DNA of 64,000 nucleotides from Candidatus Bathyarchaeia archaeon. GTDB lineage: Archaea; Thermoproteota; Bathyarchaeia; Bathyarchaeales; Bathycorpusculaceae. The position numbers were made by a program, and so were the translations under genes. Below the pieces are notes generated by a model. The model was not told the DNA's origin. It made no database searches and saw only the letters and a list, made by a program, of their open reading frames with translations. Of this stretch, positions 20,588-30,518 are shown one piece after another. The stretch is from NCBI GenBank assembly GCA_050015395.1, contig JBEKBM010000009.1, forward strand, positions 32,978-96,977. Reading direction: 5' to 3'. How positions within the stretch are numbered: position 1 is the first letter of the stretch; the number at the start of each line of letters is the position of its first letter.

Positions 20588-21674
20588 ACGTTAACGTACT
20601 CCTCTGCGCATACTTCACTGTGTCGAAACCTCGGATGTTCAGCCACTCTGCAGTTTTTCCAGTAACCACCACAGGCACCTTCGCTAAGGATTCAAGGTTC
20701 TCAGCGCCCACAAGAAACATAACATTACGCAACTCATCAATTAAACAAGAAAGCAATTCCTGTGTTTTCTTTGCCCCTTTAACTGCAGCTTCAAGCACAG
20801 GCTGAGAAACACTGGCTAAATTTGCATTTAACGCTAAAGACTTAGCTATGTCTAAGCCGCTTCGGACTCCGCCGGAAGCAATCACTGGAATCTTCACGGT
20901 CTGAGTCGTTTCAATCAGGCTTACGGCTGTGGGGATGCCCCAGTCCCAGAAAGCTTCACCCATATTGTTTGGGCTTGTTGAACGGTAATATTCAACCGCT
21001 GCAAAACTTGTTCCGCCAACACCGCCGATATCGATGGCTTTTACGCCTGCAACTTCAAGCGCTTTTGCATCTTCTGCTGAAATACCGCAGCCGGTCTCTT
21101 TAACAATCAAGGGCTTGTCAAGTTCACCTGCGATTTCACTGATTTTCGCTAAGACGCCTTTGAAGTTGGTTTGTCCTTCAGGCTGAAGTGCTTCCTGCAT
21201 CGCGTTCAAATGAACAGCAACTGCATCAGCATCTATCATTTCCACGGCTTTCTTGACTTCTTTTAAGCCGTATCCGTGGACAAGCTGTATTCCGCCTATG
21301 TTGGCGATTAAGAAGGCAGTTGGCGCTTTTTTGCGTGCTATCTTGTAGGTTTTTTCGAGTTTTTGGTCTTCGATGGCTGCTCTTTGGCTTCCCACACCCA
21401 TGCCTAAACCAAGTTTTTCCACGGCTTCGGCTATTGAAGCATTTATTTTTGTTGCTTCTTCTGTTCCGCCAGTCATGGCGCCAACAATTAGGGGTGCTGA
21501 GAATTTTTTGCCTAAGAAAGATGTTGATAGGCTGATTTTTTGTCTGTCAACTTCTGGCAGGGCTCGGTGGACCAGTTGGATGTCTTCGAAGCCTGCGGTG
21601 GCTTTTCGGGCTTGGGCTTTTTGTTCCAAGCAGATTTTAATGTGTTCTGCTTTTCGTTTCTCGGTTTCAGTCAT
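20577..21674 (-). CDS. fni: Type 2 isopentenyl-diphosphate isomerase
   Basis: RKAEHI, AMTGG, GSQR, HLN..QE..QPEG, VKETG. Confidence 0.97.
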   Translation of the reverse strand: MTETEKRKAEHIKICLEQKAQARKATAGFEDIQLVHRALPEVDRQKISLSTSFLGKKFSAPLIVGAMTGGTEEATKINASIAEAVEKLGLGMGVGSQRAAIEDQKLEKTYKIARKKAPTAFLIANIGGIQLVHGYGLKEVKKAVEMIDADAVAVHLNAMQEALQPEGQTNFKGVLAKISEIAGELDKPLIVKETGCGISAEDAKALEVAGVKAIDIGGVGGTSFAAVEYYRSTSPNNMGEAFWDWGIPTAVSLIETTQTVKIPVIASGGVRSGLDIAKSLALNANLASVSQPVLEAAVKGAKKTQELLSCLIDELRNVMFLVGAENLESLAKVPVVVTGKTAEWLNIRGFDTVKYAQRSTLTFEY

Positions 21675-21675
21675 C

Positions 21676-22491
21676 TTACGCCTTCTCGATTTCAGTGCCT
21701 AACACACTTTGGTCTATTAGTGCCCTGTAAATAGATAACCCTTTTGTGGCGCCTGTAATAGTAACGCGAACGCCTTGTTCAATGGCTGGGATAAGCTCAG
21801 CTACTTTGCCTGCCATGCCGCCTGTAACGTCTGTGCCTGCGGCCTTGCCGAGTTTAGGCTGAATCTGCTTGAGTTCTGCCAATGTTAAGTGTTTGTATGG
21901 TTTAGCGTTGAGGTTAGTTTTCGGGTCACAGTCAAACAAGCCGTCTGTGTCAACGCCTAACACGATTTTTGAAGCCTTGTACTTGATTGCTAAGTAAGCA
22001 ACCAGCTGGTCGCCGGAGAGAATTGTGAAGCCTAATTTATCGTCTAAAACTGCATCGCCGTACATAACAGGGGTAAACATCATTTTCTCCATTGCCTTGA
22101 GTACGGTTTCGTCAAAAAATTTAACCTTGCCGTTCTCAGTTATGATGCAGGAGGATGGCGCGATGCTTACGGCGGGAATTTCATGCCAAATAAGCGCGTC
22201 CATAACTAAACCGTTGAGCATGGTCATGACGTGGTGAGTTTCTGCGAAACCGAGTTTTTGTGTTGGCTCATTTTTGTAGCCGTCTTTTATGCCATACTTC
22301 GCTGCGGTCGGGTGACCAAAGCTTCCGCCGCCATGCACAATAATCAAGTTATCAAGATCCGCCCGCTTGATTTCCTCCGCTAAGCGGTTTATCACTTCTG
22401 TTTTCGCGGCTAATTCCCCTGTTTTGTCGGTGATGGCTGAGCCGCCGATTTTAAGGATTACTGGTTTCGCCTCGTTCAACTTTCTTTGCAC
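21676..22491 (-). CDS. ipk: Isopentenyl phosphate kinase
   Basis: KIGGSAIT, HGGGSFGH, SGD, DVTGGM. Confidence 0.93.
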   Translation of the reverse strand: MQRKLNEAKPVILKIGGSAITDKTGELAAKTEVINRLAEEIKRADLDNLIIVHGGGSFGHPTAAKYGIKDGYKNEPTQKLGFAETHHVMTMLNGLVMDALIWHEIPAVSIAPSSCIITENGKVKFFDETVLKAMEKMMFTPVMYGDAVLDDKLGFTILSGDQLVAYLAIKYKASKIVLGVDTDGLFDCDPKTNLNAKPYKHLTLAELKQIQPKLGKAAGTDVTGGMAGKVAELIPAIEQGVRVTITGATKGLSIYRALIDQSVLGTEIEKA

Positions 22492-22620
22492 CTTTACATT
22501 TGATATTATAGCACTTATTGAAAAGCATTACCAAGAACAACATAAAAGCCCCACTCTTGAGATAGCGAAAATTTGGTAACTAATTAAAATTTAATCCAAC
22601 CAACCAAAACCTACTCGGCA

Positions 22621-23121
22621 GGACCTTCTGGACTATCACGCTAAAGGTGAGGAGGCAGCTGTTTTTCCCGCTGTTGACAATGTGGGGTTTTTGTAGCTAA
22701 GGCTTACTTCATGGATCATCGTGAGCTTGACACCATGGTTAGCAGGCTGGAAGCAATGAGGAAATCACCTGATCCTCTTGCAACGGCTAGAGCAACAGCA
22801 GTCCTAACTTTGCATCTCCGGATTCATTTGGACAAGGAAGACGCTCACTTGTACCCGATTCTCAGAGAGCGAACAACAGAGAGCGAGCAGGCATCCATTG
22901 TTGACCTAATGTCAAAAAAAAGTGCCACCTACAGATTTCCCACTATAGTTCAATGGTTTTCCCTTTACTCGACCTTGAAGAGCAGTTTGTGGTTACGAGG
23001 GGTTGGATGACTTTGATGCCGCCGCAGATTTTTTGCTGGTCTCAAAACGTTAATAAAAAAGACCGTTGCTGAAGACTGGGGCGAGCTGATTCGGCGAATC
23101 CCAGAACTATATGACAATTAA
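22621..23121 (+). pseudogene. Hemerythrin/HHE-domain protein pseudogene
   Basis: HAKGEEAAVFP, DHRE, HLDKEDAHLYP spread over several frameshifts; 5' end missing. Confidence 0.75.
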
Positions 23122-23348
23122 ATTCCTACACGACCGAGAGATATGTGGTTTTTGTATAAACCCTAGCTCCAATTTGGCCAACGGAAGATTTGAACCCCTG
23201 CCGAAGTGGAGACGTACCCACAACCCCATTACAATTACATATAATTACATAAAAAAGAGCATGCATGTGCGTTGAGGCTATGTCGACTTTCAAAAAAGCT
23301 TATATTATAATAAATCTGATAAGAGTGAAAAGGGGGATTTGGGAAAAA

Positions 23349-23663
23349 ATGAAAGGAGCAATAGTGTTCTTAGCAGTGTTTGTAGTCGTCTTCTTAATAT
23401 GCATAGGTGTAACTTCGATTCCTCCGGGACAGGCTTTGTATAACATGCTTAAGCTACCCATTCAGACAACGACGTACAAGGTAGGTGGCGCAATCTACGG
23501 TGACGTTCTGATAAAGGCTATCTTCAATGCGGTGGTCTATGGGGTCATCGTCTGGCTAGTCTTCACAATAGTGACATATAGACCTGGAAAAAAAACTCCT
23601 CAGAACATTCAGCAAAACGTAACAGTTAACGTCGGAGACAAAGACGCCAAAGTAGGCTCATAG
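23349..23663 (+). CDS. Small membrane protein
   Basis: Two TM helices (MKGAIVFLAVF...). Confidence 0.65.
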   Translation: MKGAIVFLAVFVVVFLICIGVTSIPPGQALYNMLKLPIQTTTYKVGGAIYGDVLIKAIFNAVVYGVIVWLVFTIVTYRPGKKTPQNIQQNVTVNVGDKDAKVGS

Positions 23664-23940
23664 CGCGTTTGTGAAGTGAAAAAAGTAGTGACTGACTTTT
23701 TGTTGCAGGACATGTTACGCTACTGAAACACGCCTTTTATTATACTCCAAGTTTTTTCTATTTTTTTGTTGGGGAAGGGACAGACATTCTTCGACAGACG
23801 CCTCAACAGACTCATTTTTCAGTCGTTTCAAAGAATTCTACACAACCCTTTAAGTCTCACACAAGATGTCTAAGGCAAAAGCCAAGAGGTAAATATACAC
23901 TTGACGCACTAAAGCCGCCAAATCTTGGAAAATGCCAATT

Positions 23941-24327
23941 CTATATTATGCAAATGGTATCGTTTTCTATGTTAACTGTGTCGCCAGTTTTGATCTTTGA
24001 GATGTCAATTTTGTCAACGCAGGGGATTTCGCTGATTATGGCGCCGACGGCAACAACGGTTTCGCATTCCTTGTTAATCATGCCTGCTGGTGCGGTTCCG
24101 TTCTTTTTCATACGATAAAGTGTATAGGAGCCTACGGTTGAGCCTTTGCCAGTTGGGAACACAAGGATTTTGCCCTTGACACTTTGTCCCTGAAGCTCAT
24201 GCCCTTTTTCGATGACGACGCCCGTGTTCGGGTCTACACCGCCATAGAACGAGATAGGCTGAGAAGTAACAAGCGCTTCGCCTTCGCCTTTGCCTTTGGA
24301 AATTAATCTGCCCTTTAACTGCTCCAT
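23941..24327 (-). CDS. Phosphomevalonate dehydratase small subunit (AcnX swivel domain, DUF126)
   Basis: ISFYGGVDP.TG, GKGSTVGSY. Confidence 0.9.
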   Translation of the reverse strand: MEQLKGRLISKGKGEGEALVTSQPISFYGGVDPNTGVVIEKGHELQGQSVKGKILVFPTGKGSTVGSYTLYRMKKNGTAPAGMINKECETVVAVGAIISEIPCVDKIDISKIKTGDTVNIENDTICII

Positions 24328-25514
24328 TTTCCAGTCACCGCCGCCTCTATGCATTCCTCTACGCTGCCCATTTTAGTTTTCATGCCGTTCTGCCTTGAAT
24401 AGAAGCAGCCTTTCGCCGAGGTTGTTGCCAACGACTTAAACCTGCCCTTCAACGGTGCAACTGCCATGCATGTGTCGCAGGCAAACTTGGCTCCAGCTGC
24501 TTCGATGGTTTGGGTGTAGCCTCGTTTGTCGGCGAGTTGTTTGGCTGTTCTTGAAGTGGCAACCCAAAACTCGGTGCCCTCAGCCACCTTTTTGCCTTTA
24601 AGCAACTCAGCAACCTTAGCGATTTCGTTAATTGAACAATGCGGACAACCAACACATACCAATTCTATGTCGCTTACTTCATCGTTGATGTTGTCGTAAG
24701 CGTTTTTGATGTCTGCTTGTTCGATTGTAACTGTTTCTTTTGGTTTGAGTTGCTGCTCTGATGCGGGCGTTATGCCTTTAATGTAAAAAAGCGGTTTTGC
24801 GCCGTAAGTTACCACGGAAGCACAGAACGATTTGAGTTCGTCTAAGTCGGCTGTTTTTATGCCTGTGATGTAGGGGATTTTGTTTTCGGCTTTTTTGCCA
24901 ATCGCATAGCCCAGCGCTCCCCAATCTGAAAGCTTTGTTAATTCAGTGTTCACTTGCACGTGGACGTCGGGGACTCTGTTCTCATCCAAATGCAATCCGT
25001 AGCAGGGTGTTTTGCCCACAAATGCCGCCGCCAATGCGGAGGGTCCGCCTTCTTTGTTTGTTTTTGCGCCAATTACCGAGTTCGCGAAGGTGACGGCTGA
25101 GCTTTCGGACCATGCGACGTGTTCGCCGTAAAGCGGCAAGTTACCAATCAAGTAGGGTGTGCATGTGCAACTGACAAGTATGCCCATTTTTTTGAAGGCG
25201 TCTATTACGAGGTTTTGTTTCTCAGCGAACTCTGGGCTTATGCCAAGGTTGCGCCAGTTTTCCAAGTCCATTCCTGCAGGGTTCAGAGTGGTTAGAACGC
25301 GGACTCTGCCGTCTTTTGCCAACTCGTTTAAAAATTCTAAGCCTGCGTCGCCAAGGTTGTTGTAGGATACTCCTGCCACTTGGACGCTGCCAACTTTGAT
25401 TAGGCTTTTTGCGCCGTAAATGTCGCCGAGGGCAACGAGGATTTCCATGCTTTTTTGTACAGCGTAGCCTTCAGCGCCATCTAGCATTCGTTGTTCTTTT
25501 TCTGTCAGATACAT
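24315..25514 (-). CDS. Phosphomevalonate dehydratase large subunit (AcnX, DUF521)
   Basis: CTCTPY, WSESSA..FANS, GCPH, DTC. Confidence 0.92.
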   Translation of the reverse strand: MYLTEKEQRMLDGAEGYAVQKSMEILVALGDIYGAKSLIKVGSVQVAGVSYNNLGDAGLEFLNELAKDGRVRVLTTLNPAGMDLENWRNLGISPEFAEKQNLVIDAFKKMGILVSCTCTPYLIGNLPLYGEHVAWSESSAVTFANSVIGAKTNKEGGPSALAAAFVGKTPCYGLHLDENRVPDVHVQVNTELTKLSDWGALGYAIGKKAENKIPYITGIKTADLDELKSFCASVVTYGAKPLFYIKGITPASEQQLKPKETVTIEQADIKNAYDNINDEVSDIELVCVGCPHCSINEIAKVAELLKGKKVAEGTEFWVATSRTAKQLADKRGYTQTIEAAGAKFACDTCMAVAPLKGRFKSLATTSAKGCFYSRQNGMKTKMGSVEECIEAAVTGKWSS

Positions 25515-25519
25515 GCTAA

Positions 25520-26830
25520 TCACATGAACTTGCTCAGGTCAACTTTTCGGTATTGTTCTTTCGTGAAGCTTTTATCTGTTTTTCCGAAGGGGATTGTAGC
25601 GTCTAACCCCATCTTGCAAGTGGTTGCCTTTTTGCCTTCAGTCAAATCTCCCGACGGATCCAAAGACGACCCAGGCTGGTTCGGCAAAATCACTACGTTT
25701 TTGTCCGCTTGGAATCTCATTGCGATAGCCCATTCAACATCGTGAGGATTATAGATGTCTATATCGTCGTCTACAATGACGCAGTGCTTCAGCGACTTGT
25801 GCCCTTCAAACGCGGCGCTGATGGCTTTTTTTCCGTCATCTTGATTTTTCTTCTTTATTTGCACAACTGCATGGAGCCAACTGCATCCGCCGGGTGTTAT
25901 GTAAACGTCTTTGCATTCGCAGACTTTGTTCACTTCATTGAAGATTGTAGGTTCTTTAGGCATACCCATTAAGAATTGATGTTCCCTCCTTCCTGGAAGT
26001 AAGGTTTGATAAATAGGCTTTTCTCGGTGAGTTACGCATTTAATTTCAATTATTGGTTGCTGTCTTATCCGGTCAATGGTTCCTGTTGTGTCCAGAAATG
26101 GTCCTTCAGCCGTTTTTCCCTTTGTTATTCTTCCTTCTAACACTATTTCGCAGTCTTTGGGCACTTCAAGATCAATGGTCTTACACTTCACTAATGCTGT
26201 TTCCTCGAGCGCATTAGCCATTCCCAACTCGTCAACACCCATCGGCATGGATGTGGCTGCGGATAGAAGAACAGCGGTTGAGTTACCTATGCAAATGGCA
26301 ACGTCTAGTTCTCCGCCAGCCTTCTTAAGGGCTACGTCTGTTCCCCTATTCTCAACGATTCTGGCTACAAACCTGTTCTTGTCCAACAGCATTAGTCTAT
26401 GGAAGCACATGTTCCGAGTACCGAATTCAGGGTCTTTTATTATGGAAACGGCGGACGCAATGTATTTTCCACCGTCCTTCTCCGTGTACCGCATTATTGG
26501 GAGTTTGGTTAAGTCAACATCGGTTTCTACTGTTTCTTGGCATTCGCCTTTTTCAGCTACTTGCGGCGGCACAGGATGCTCAATGGCACTGGAAAGCTTA
26601 GGTAGCAACTTGTCTTTTGGTATTCCCAACGCTTGGGAGATTAACTCTTTTGAGGACACAAGTCCCGCCACAACGGGATAACTTGACTCTTTCACTTTTT
26701 CAAAATAAACTGGTTTCTCGCCGAGAGCGTTTATTATACCAGCCAACTCGTACTCAGTAGAGACTGGTTTTGTGATTCTTGTTAATTCGCCCTTTTTATC
26801 CAGCGCTTCTATAAAGTTTCTAAAGCTCAA
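25520..26830 (-). CDS. UbiD-family decarboxylase, probable anhydromevalonate phosphate decarboxylase
   Basis: DGGKYI, EIVLEG, EGPF, VDDDID, SSLDPS; flanked by mvk and AcnX. Confidence 0.88.
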   Translation of the reverse strand: MSFRNFIEALDKKGELTRITKPVSTEYELAGIINALGEKPVYFEKVKESSYPVVAGLVSSKELISQALGIPKDKLLPKLSSAIEHPVPPQVAEKGECQETVETDVDLTKLPIMRYTEKDGGKYIASAVSIIKDPEFGTRNMCFHRLMLLDKNRFVARIVENRGTDVALKKAGGELDVAICIGNSTAVLLSAATSMPMGVDELGMANALEETALVKCKTIDLEVPKDCEIVLEGRITKGKTAEGPFLDTTGTIDRIRQQPIIEIKCVTHREKPIYQTLLPGRREHQFLMGMPKEPTIFNEVNKVCECKDVYITPGGCSWLHAVVQIKKKNQDDGKKAISAAFEGHKSLKHCVIVDDDIDIYNPHDVEWAIAMRFQADKNVVILPNQPGSSLDPSGDLTEGKKATTCKMGLDATIPFGKTDKSFTKEQYRKVDLSKFM

Positions 26831-26841
26831 GTTGCTCCAAC

Positions 26842-27783
26842 CTAGTATTTTTCAACGCCTATCTTTGTACTAAGCACTTCAAAGCCTAAGCTTTTGATGG
26901 CGCTTAGAACTTTTCCCTGCAAATCTTTACCCGGCGTTAATGCAGTCATGCATCCGCCGCCGCCTCCGCCTGTGAGTTTTGCGCCAAAAGCGCCTTGTTT
27001 TCGGGCTAAATCGACCAGCATGTCGAGTTCTTTGCTGGACACGCCGATTTCTTGGAGCAGACGGTGATTTTCGTTCATGAGTTCCCCTACTTTTTTAAGG
27101 TCATAATTTTCCAGCGCCTTCCGTCCTGCGAAGGCTACATTTTCAGCTTGCTTAAAAATTGGGTCGTATTTTGCCGGGTTCTTCTTTTTGCGTTCGGCGA
27201 CGCCTTCCACCATGACTTTAGTGTTTGCGACTTTGCCCGTGCTGCCGATGACAATTTCGATTGGCCTGCGCAAATGCAACTTTTCAATCTTGGCTGGTCC
27301 GCCAGCCACGTCTTTTTTAAACCACATTAAGCCGCCGTAAGTTGCAGCGGTGTTGTCGATGCCTGAGGGATTGCCAGCATACGCTTTCTCCGCCTCATAG
27401 GCGATTTGATTAATTTTTTCATCAGAAATTTGCATGCCAAGCTCTTGCGCGATGGCTCTTGCGATGGCAACGCTGCTTGCTGCAGAAGCGCCCAAGCCGC
27501 TGAAACCCGGTAGAGTTCCGCCGATCCAAATGTCCAATGAAGTTTTGGGGTTGATGCCCATGGCTTTTAGCATTCTCTCGATTGATTCGATTTGCTGGAG
27601 CCGTTTTTCTTCGCTGTAGCCTTTAGCAGTTTTCCGCTCGTCTTTAACGTTGATTCCTTTTGACGCCTTTTTCACTTCCGCATCAGTTGTGAAATCAATC
27701 GCGGAAACAATGCCCGGTACGCCATGAACAATGAAGTGTTCGCCGAACAAAATTACTTTTCCGTAACCTGACCCTTTACCCAT
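26842..27783 (-). CDS. mvk: Mevalonate kinase
   Basis: GKVILFGEH, GLGASAA, PSGIDN, KLTGGGGGG; ATG 27783 preferred to ORF-track start. Confidence 0.93.
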   Translation of the reverse strand: MGKGSGYGKVILFGEHFIVHGVPGIVSAIDFTTDAEVKKASKGINVKDERKTAKGYSEEKRLQQIESIERMLKAMGINPKTSLDIWIGGTLPGFSGLGASAASSVAIARAIAQELGMQISDEKINQIAYEAEKAYAGNPSGIDNTAATYGGLMWFKKDVAGGPAKIEKLHLRRPIEIVIGSTGKVANTKVMVEGVAERKKKNPAKYDPIFKQAENVAFAGRKALENYDLKKVGELMNENHRLLQEIGVSSKELDMLVDLARKQGAFGAKLTGGGGGGCMTALTPGKDLQGKVLSAIKSLGFEVLSTKIGVEKY

Positions 27784-28240
27784 TACTGTAGCACCTTGAA
27801 AGGTAGCTATTACACCAACCAGATAAAAACATTCTTTTGCTAGATAGGCAATACAAGTCGAAAGTTTCTTTGGGCTAATAGGCAAAATAGTGTTAGGTAG
27901 GTCAAGCCATTCGCTAATATAGATAAGGCGTAGAAAGGCTGATGGCAAGATACCTTACCTTGTATTAGCAGCCAGACCGCCCAACTGTTGCTGGCTATCT
28001 TGCGTTCTTTTCTCGGCAACCTGCTTACGCTTTTACAGAATATAAAATAATGCTGTAACAAATTGAAGCAACAACCGCTTGGTTATTAAAGCAATTTCCG
28101 CTTGATTAGGTCTTTCATTTTAACCCTTACTCTATGTTCATGTGCAAAGTCATGAAAAATTGAGCAAAAATGAATTAATAATTCAGAAATCTTTTATGAG
28201 CATTATAGAAATATGCAGGTGTGATAGAGGTCGTTTGCTT

Positions 28241-28894
28241 GTGAGCGAAGAAATAGACCTTTTAATTGAGAGAAAAGAAGCTGAGCTTTTGCCTTTTCGC
28301 TCACGCATGGAAGAGCTAAGAATAGAGTTTACCAAAGAAACAGTTCGCTTTGCAGCTGATTGGTATAGGAAAACCGCGAAAGAATATGTCTTGAAGTATC
28401 ATGAAGTCACCCTAAGAATGGGTGCGGAAAAAATAGCTGTTATGAAAGCTAAAGTCGATGAATTGGTTAGAAATACTGAAAAAAGAGTCAGAGGAGAGTT
28501 GGATAATCCTGAATTGTGGTGGCATCAAAAGCCACATCTCCATGACTCCATCGAGCAGTACAAGCAAGTAGCTGATAGGTACCCTGAAATTCTTGACCGA
28601 GCAGTAAGACGCGCCATAGGGTACTTAGGTATAATACTGGAAGAATCTGGATTCCATGTCACTGCCAGCGGCAACACAGGTACATATGGTGAGTTTTGGT
28701 TTGAACGTCCAGTAGTAGGCACGCGGCCAGTTCCGAGTTATCCGCATCTTCTTAAATGGTCAGAGACCATGCAAGACATTATTCGAGAATACGATGCACA
28801 ATTCGAAGAAGCAATTATATTGTATACTGAGATTCATCAGCTTAAAGAAGAAAAGAAAAAGCAAGAAGCCCTCACACTATGGGACTCAATATAA
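28241..28894 (+). CDS. Hypothetical helical protein inserted against superoperon direction
   Basis: Long ORF, no recognised motif; GTG start assumed. Confidence 0.6.
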   Translation: MSEEIDLLIERKEAELLPFRSRMEELRIEFTKETVRFAADWYRKTAKEYVLKYHEVTLRMGAEKIAVMKAKVDELVRNTEKRVRGELDNPELWWHQKPHLHDSIEQYKQVADRYPEILDRAVRRAIGYLGIILEESGFHVTASGNTGTYGEFWFERPVVGTRPVPSYPHLLKWSETMQDIIREYDAQFEEAIILYTEIHQLKEEKKKQEALTLWDSI

Positions 28895-28912
28895 AGCTAG
28901 CTTTCCAAGCGC

Positions 28913-29767
28913 CTATTTTTTGAAGTTTACCGCCGCATATCCTACTACGCTTGAATGGTCGCCTGTTATGTCGCCGCTGTTGTGGTAGCTTAAGAGTTTG
29001 GCTTCTTTCGCGTTGACTCCTTTCGCGTAAGTGATTAGGGCTGTTATTGGCGCGTAACCGCAAGCTGTGATGTTTTGTGTTTCGACTGTTTCATAGAAGC
29101 GTTTTGCGTCCATGTCTGTGACCGCTTTAAGCGCAGCATGGTCTTTTGCGGCTGCTGTTTTTGCTGGTTCATAATGCGTCATGTCAGAAGAAGCGATGAC
29201 TACTGTGTTTGTGGCATCTAAAACTTTTTCAAGCGCCCTTCCCACCTCAACAGCGGAATCATAATCCTGCATTAGGAAGCAGATTGGCACAATCTTGAAG
29301 GTGTTGCCGTAGAGGAACTGCAAAAAGGGCAACTGAACCTCGATAGAATGTTCATAACGGTGAGCGAGTTCGTCTACGTCGATGACGCTGGTTTCGCGGG
29401 TTATCCCGTTTGCCATTTCAGTGTCGATTTCTACGTCGCCAAGCGGTGTACGCCAAACGCCTTCACGCATAAGGCTCAAAGCGCTACCGTAACCCGTATG
29501 ATTTGGACCCATAAGCACTACTGTGTCAGGTTTGCCATCCAAGGCTAACTCGTAAAAAGCTGATGCTGCCACAGGACCAGAATACATGTAGCCTGCGTGG
29601 GGACAAATCATGCCAACTATGTTTCTGGGGTGAATATGCAAGTTTACAGCGGGAAGTTTTTTTGGACCTAGGTCATGGAGGAAACAGTTTTTAATTTGTA
29701 CTCTAAGCGCTTCAGCGTCGCCTTCATAAAATTGACCTGCCACGGTTGGACGCCGAATCGTCGGCAA
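28913..29767 (-). CDS. MEMO1 family protein
   Basis: RRPTVAGQFY, PHAGYMYSG, EHSIEVQLPFLQ, SSDMTHY. Confidence 0.95.
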   Translation of the reverse strand: MPTIRRPTVAGQFYEGDAEALRVQIKNCFLHDLGPKKLPAVNLHIHPRNIVGMICPHAGYMYSGPVAASAFYELALDGKPDTVVLMGPNHTGYGSALSLMREGVWRTPLGDVEIDTEMANGITRETSVIDVDELAHRYEHSIEVQLPFLQFLYGNTFKIVPICFLMQDYDSAVEVGRALEKVLDATNTVVIASSDMTHYEPAKTAAAKDHAALKAVTDMDAKRFYETVETQNITACGYAPITALITYAKGVNAKEAKLLSYHNSGDITGDHSSVVGYAAVNFKK

Positions 29768-29771
29768 CGGT

Positions 29772-30503
29772 TTAGGGTTCCTCCTCTTCTTCCCTTGTAA
29801 CCTTCGCTTCGAAATCCTCTATGGTTGCTGGCGGGTCTTTGTCTGCGGCTAATTCGCCTCTTTCACGAAGGACCTGCCTTGTTAGAAGCCAGAATACGAC
29901 GGCTAATGCTCGTCTGCCCTTGTTGTTTGTAGGAATAACTAAATCTACGCCTGCGAACTCGTTGTCTGTGCTGCATAACGCAACGATTGGAATGCCAACT
30001 TTTGAGGCTTCTTTTACTGCCTGTGCATCTGCTCTTGGGTCTGAAACAAGTATAATTTCAGGGTCAATTCTGCCTGGATACTGCGGATTGGATAGTTGCC
30101 CAGGGATGAAGCGGCCAACTAGCGGTGTTGAACCTGTTAGCTCGCAGAATTTTTTGACTGGTTCTTGAGCATACAGCCTTGTTGCTGCCACTGCTACTTT
30201 TGCGTGCTCGTAGTGTGAGAGGAATTTTGCGGTGACTCTTATTCGGTCGTCTGTTTTTTTAACGTCAAGTACGAATAATCCGTCTGGTCTAACCCGGTAG
30301 ATGAAGGGTTCCATGTCAAGGGTTTTCGTTCTTGTTCCAATGTGGATGCCTGCGGAAAGCAGGGTGTCTCTTGGTAAGAGGAGCTCCTCTGCAGGCGGGG
30401 CTTCCTTAGACTTCTCATCTGCTACTGCGGGTTGTTCCTTTTCGATGGGTTCCTCTTGGTTTTCCTCTTCTGGTTGATTCTCTTTATTTTCGTCTTCTGA
30501 CAT
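29772..30503 (-). CDS. rps2: 30S ribosomal protein S2
   Basis: AGIHIGT, GRFIPG, IPTNNKG. Confidence 0.97.
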   Translation of the reverse strand: MSEDENKENQPEEENQEEPIEKEQPAVADEKSKEAPPAEELLLPRDTLLSAGIHIGTRTKTLDMEPFIYRVRPDGLFVLDVKKTDDRIRVTAKFLSHYEHAKVAVAATRLYAQEPVKKFCELTGSTPLVGRFIPGQLSNPQYPGRIDPEIILVSDPRADAQAVKEASKVGIPIVALCSTDNEFAGVDLVIPTNNKGRRALAVVFWLLTRQVLRERGELAADKDPPATIEDFEAKVTREEEEEP

Positions 30504-30518
30504 TTTTTCATCTTCTGT

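Noticed and set aside
27945-28003. Nested stems GCAAGAT/ATCTTGC and AGCCAG/CTGGCT upstream of mvk
   Set aside because: No recognisable RNA family motif; cannot be distinguished from chance by eye
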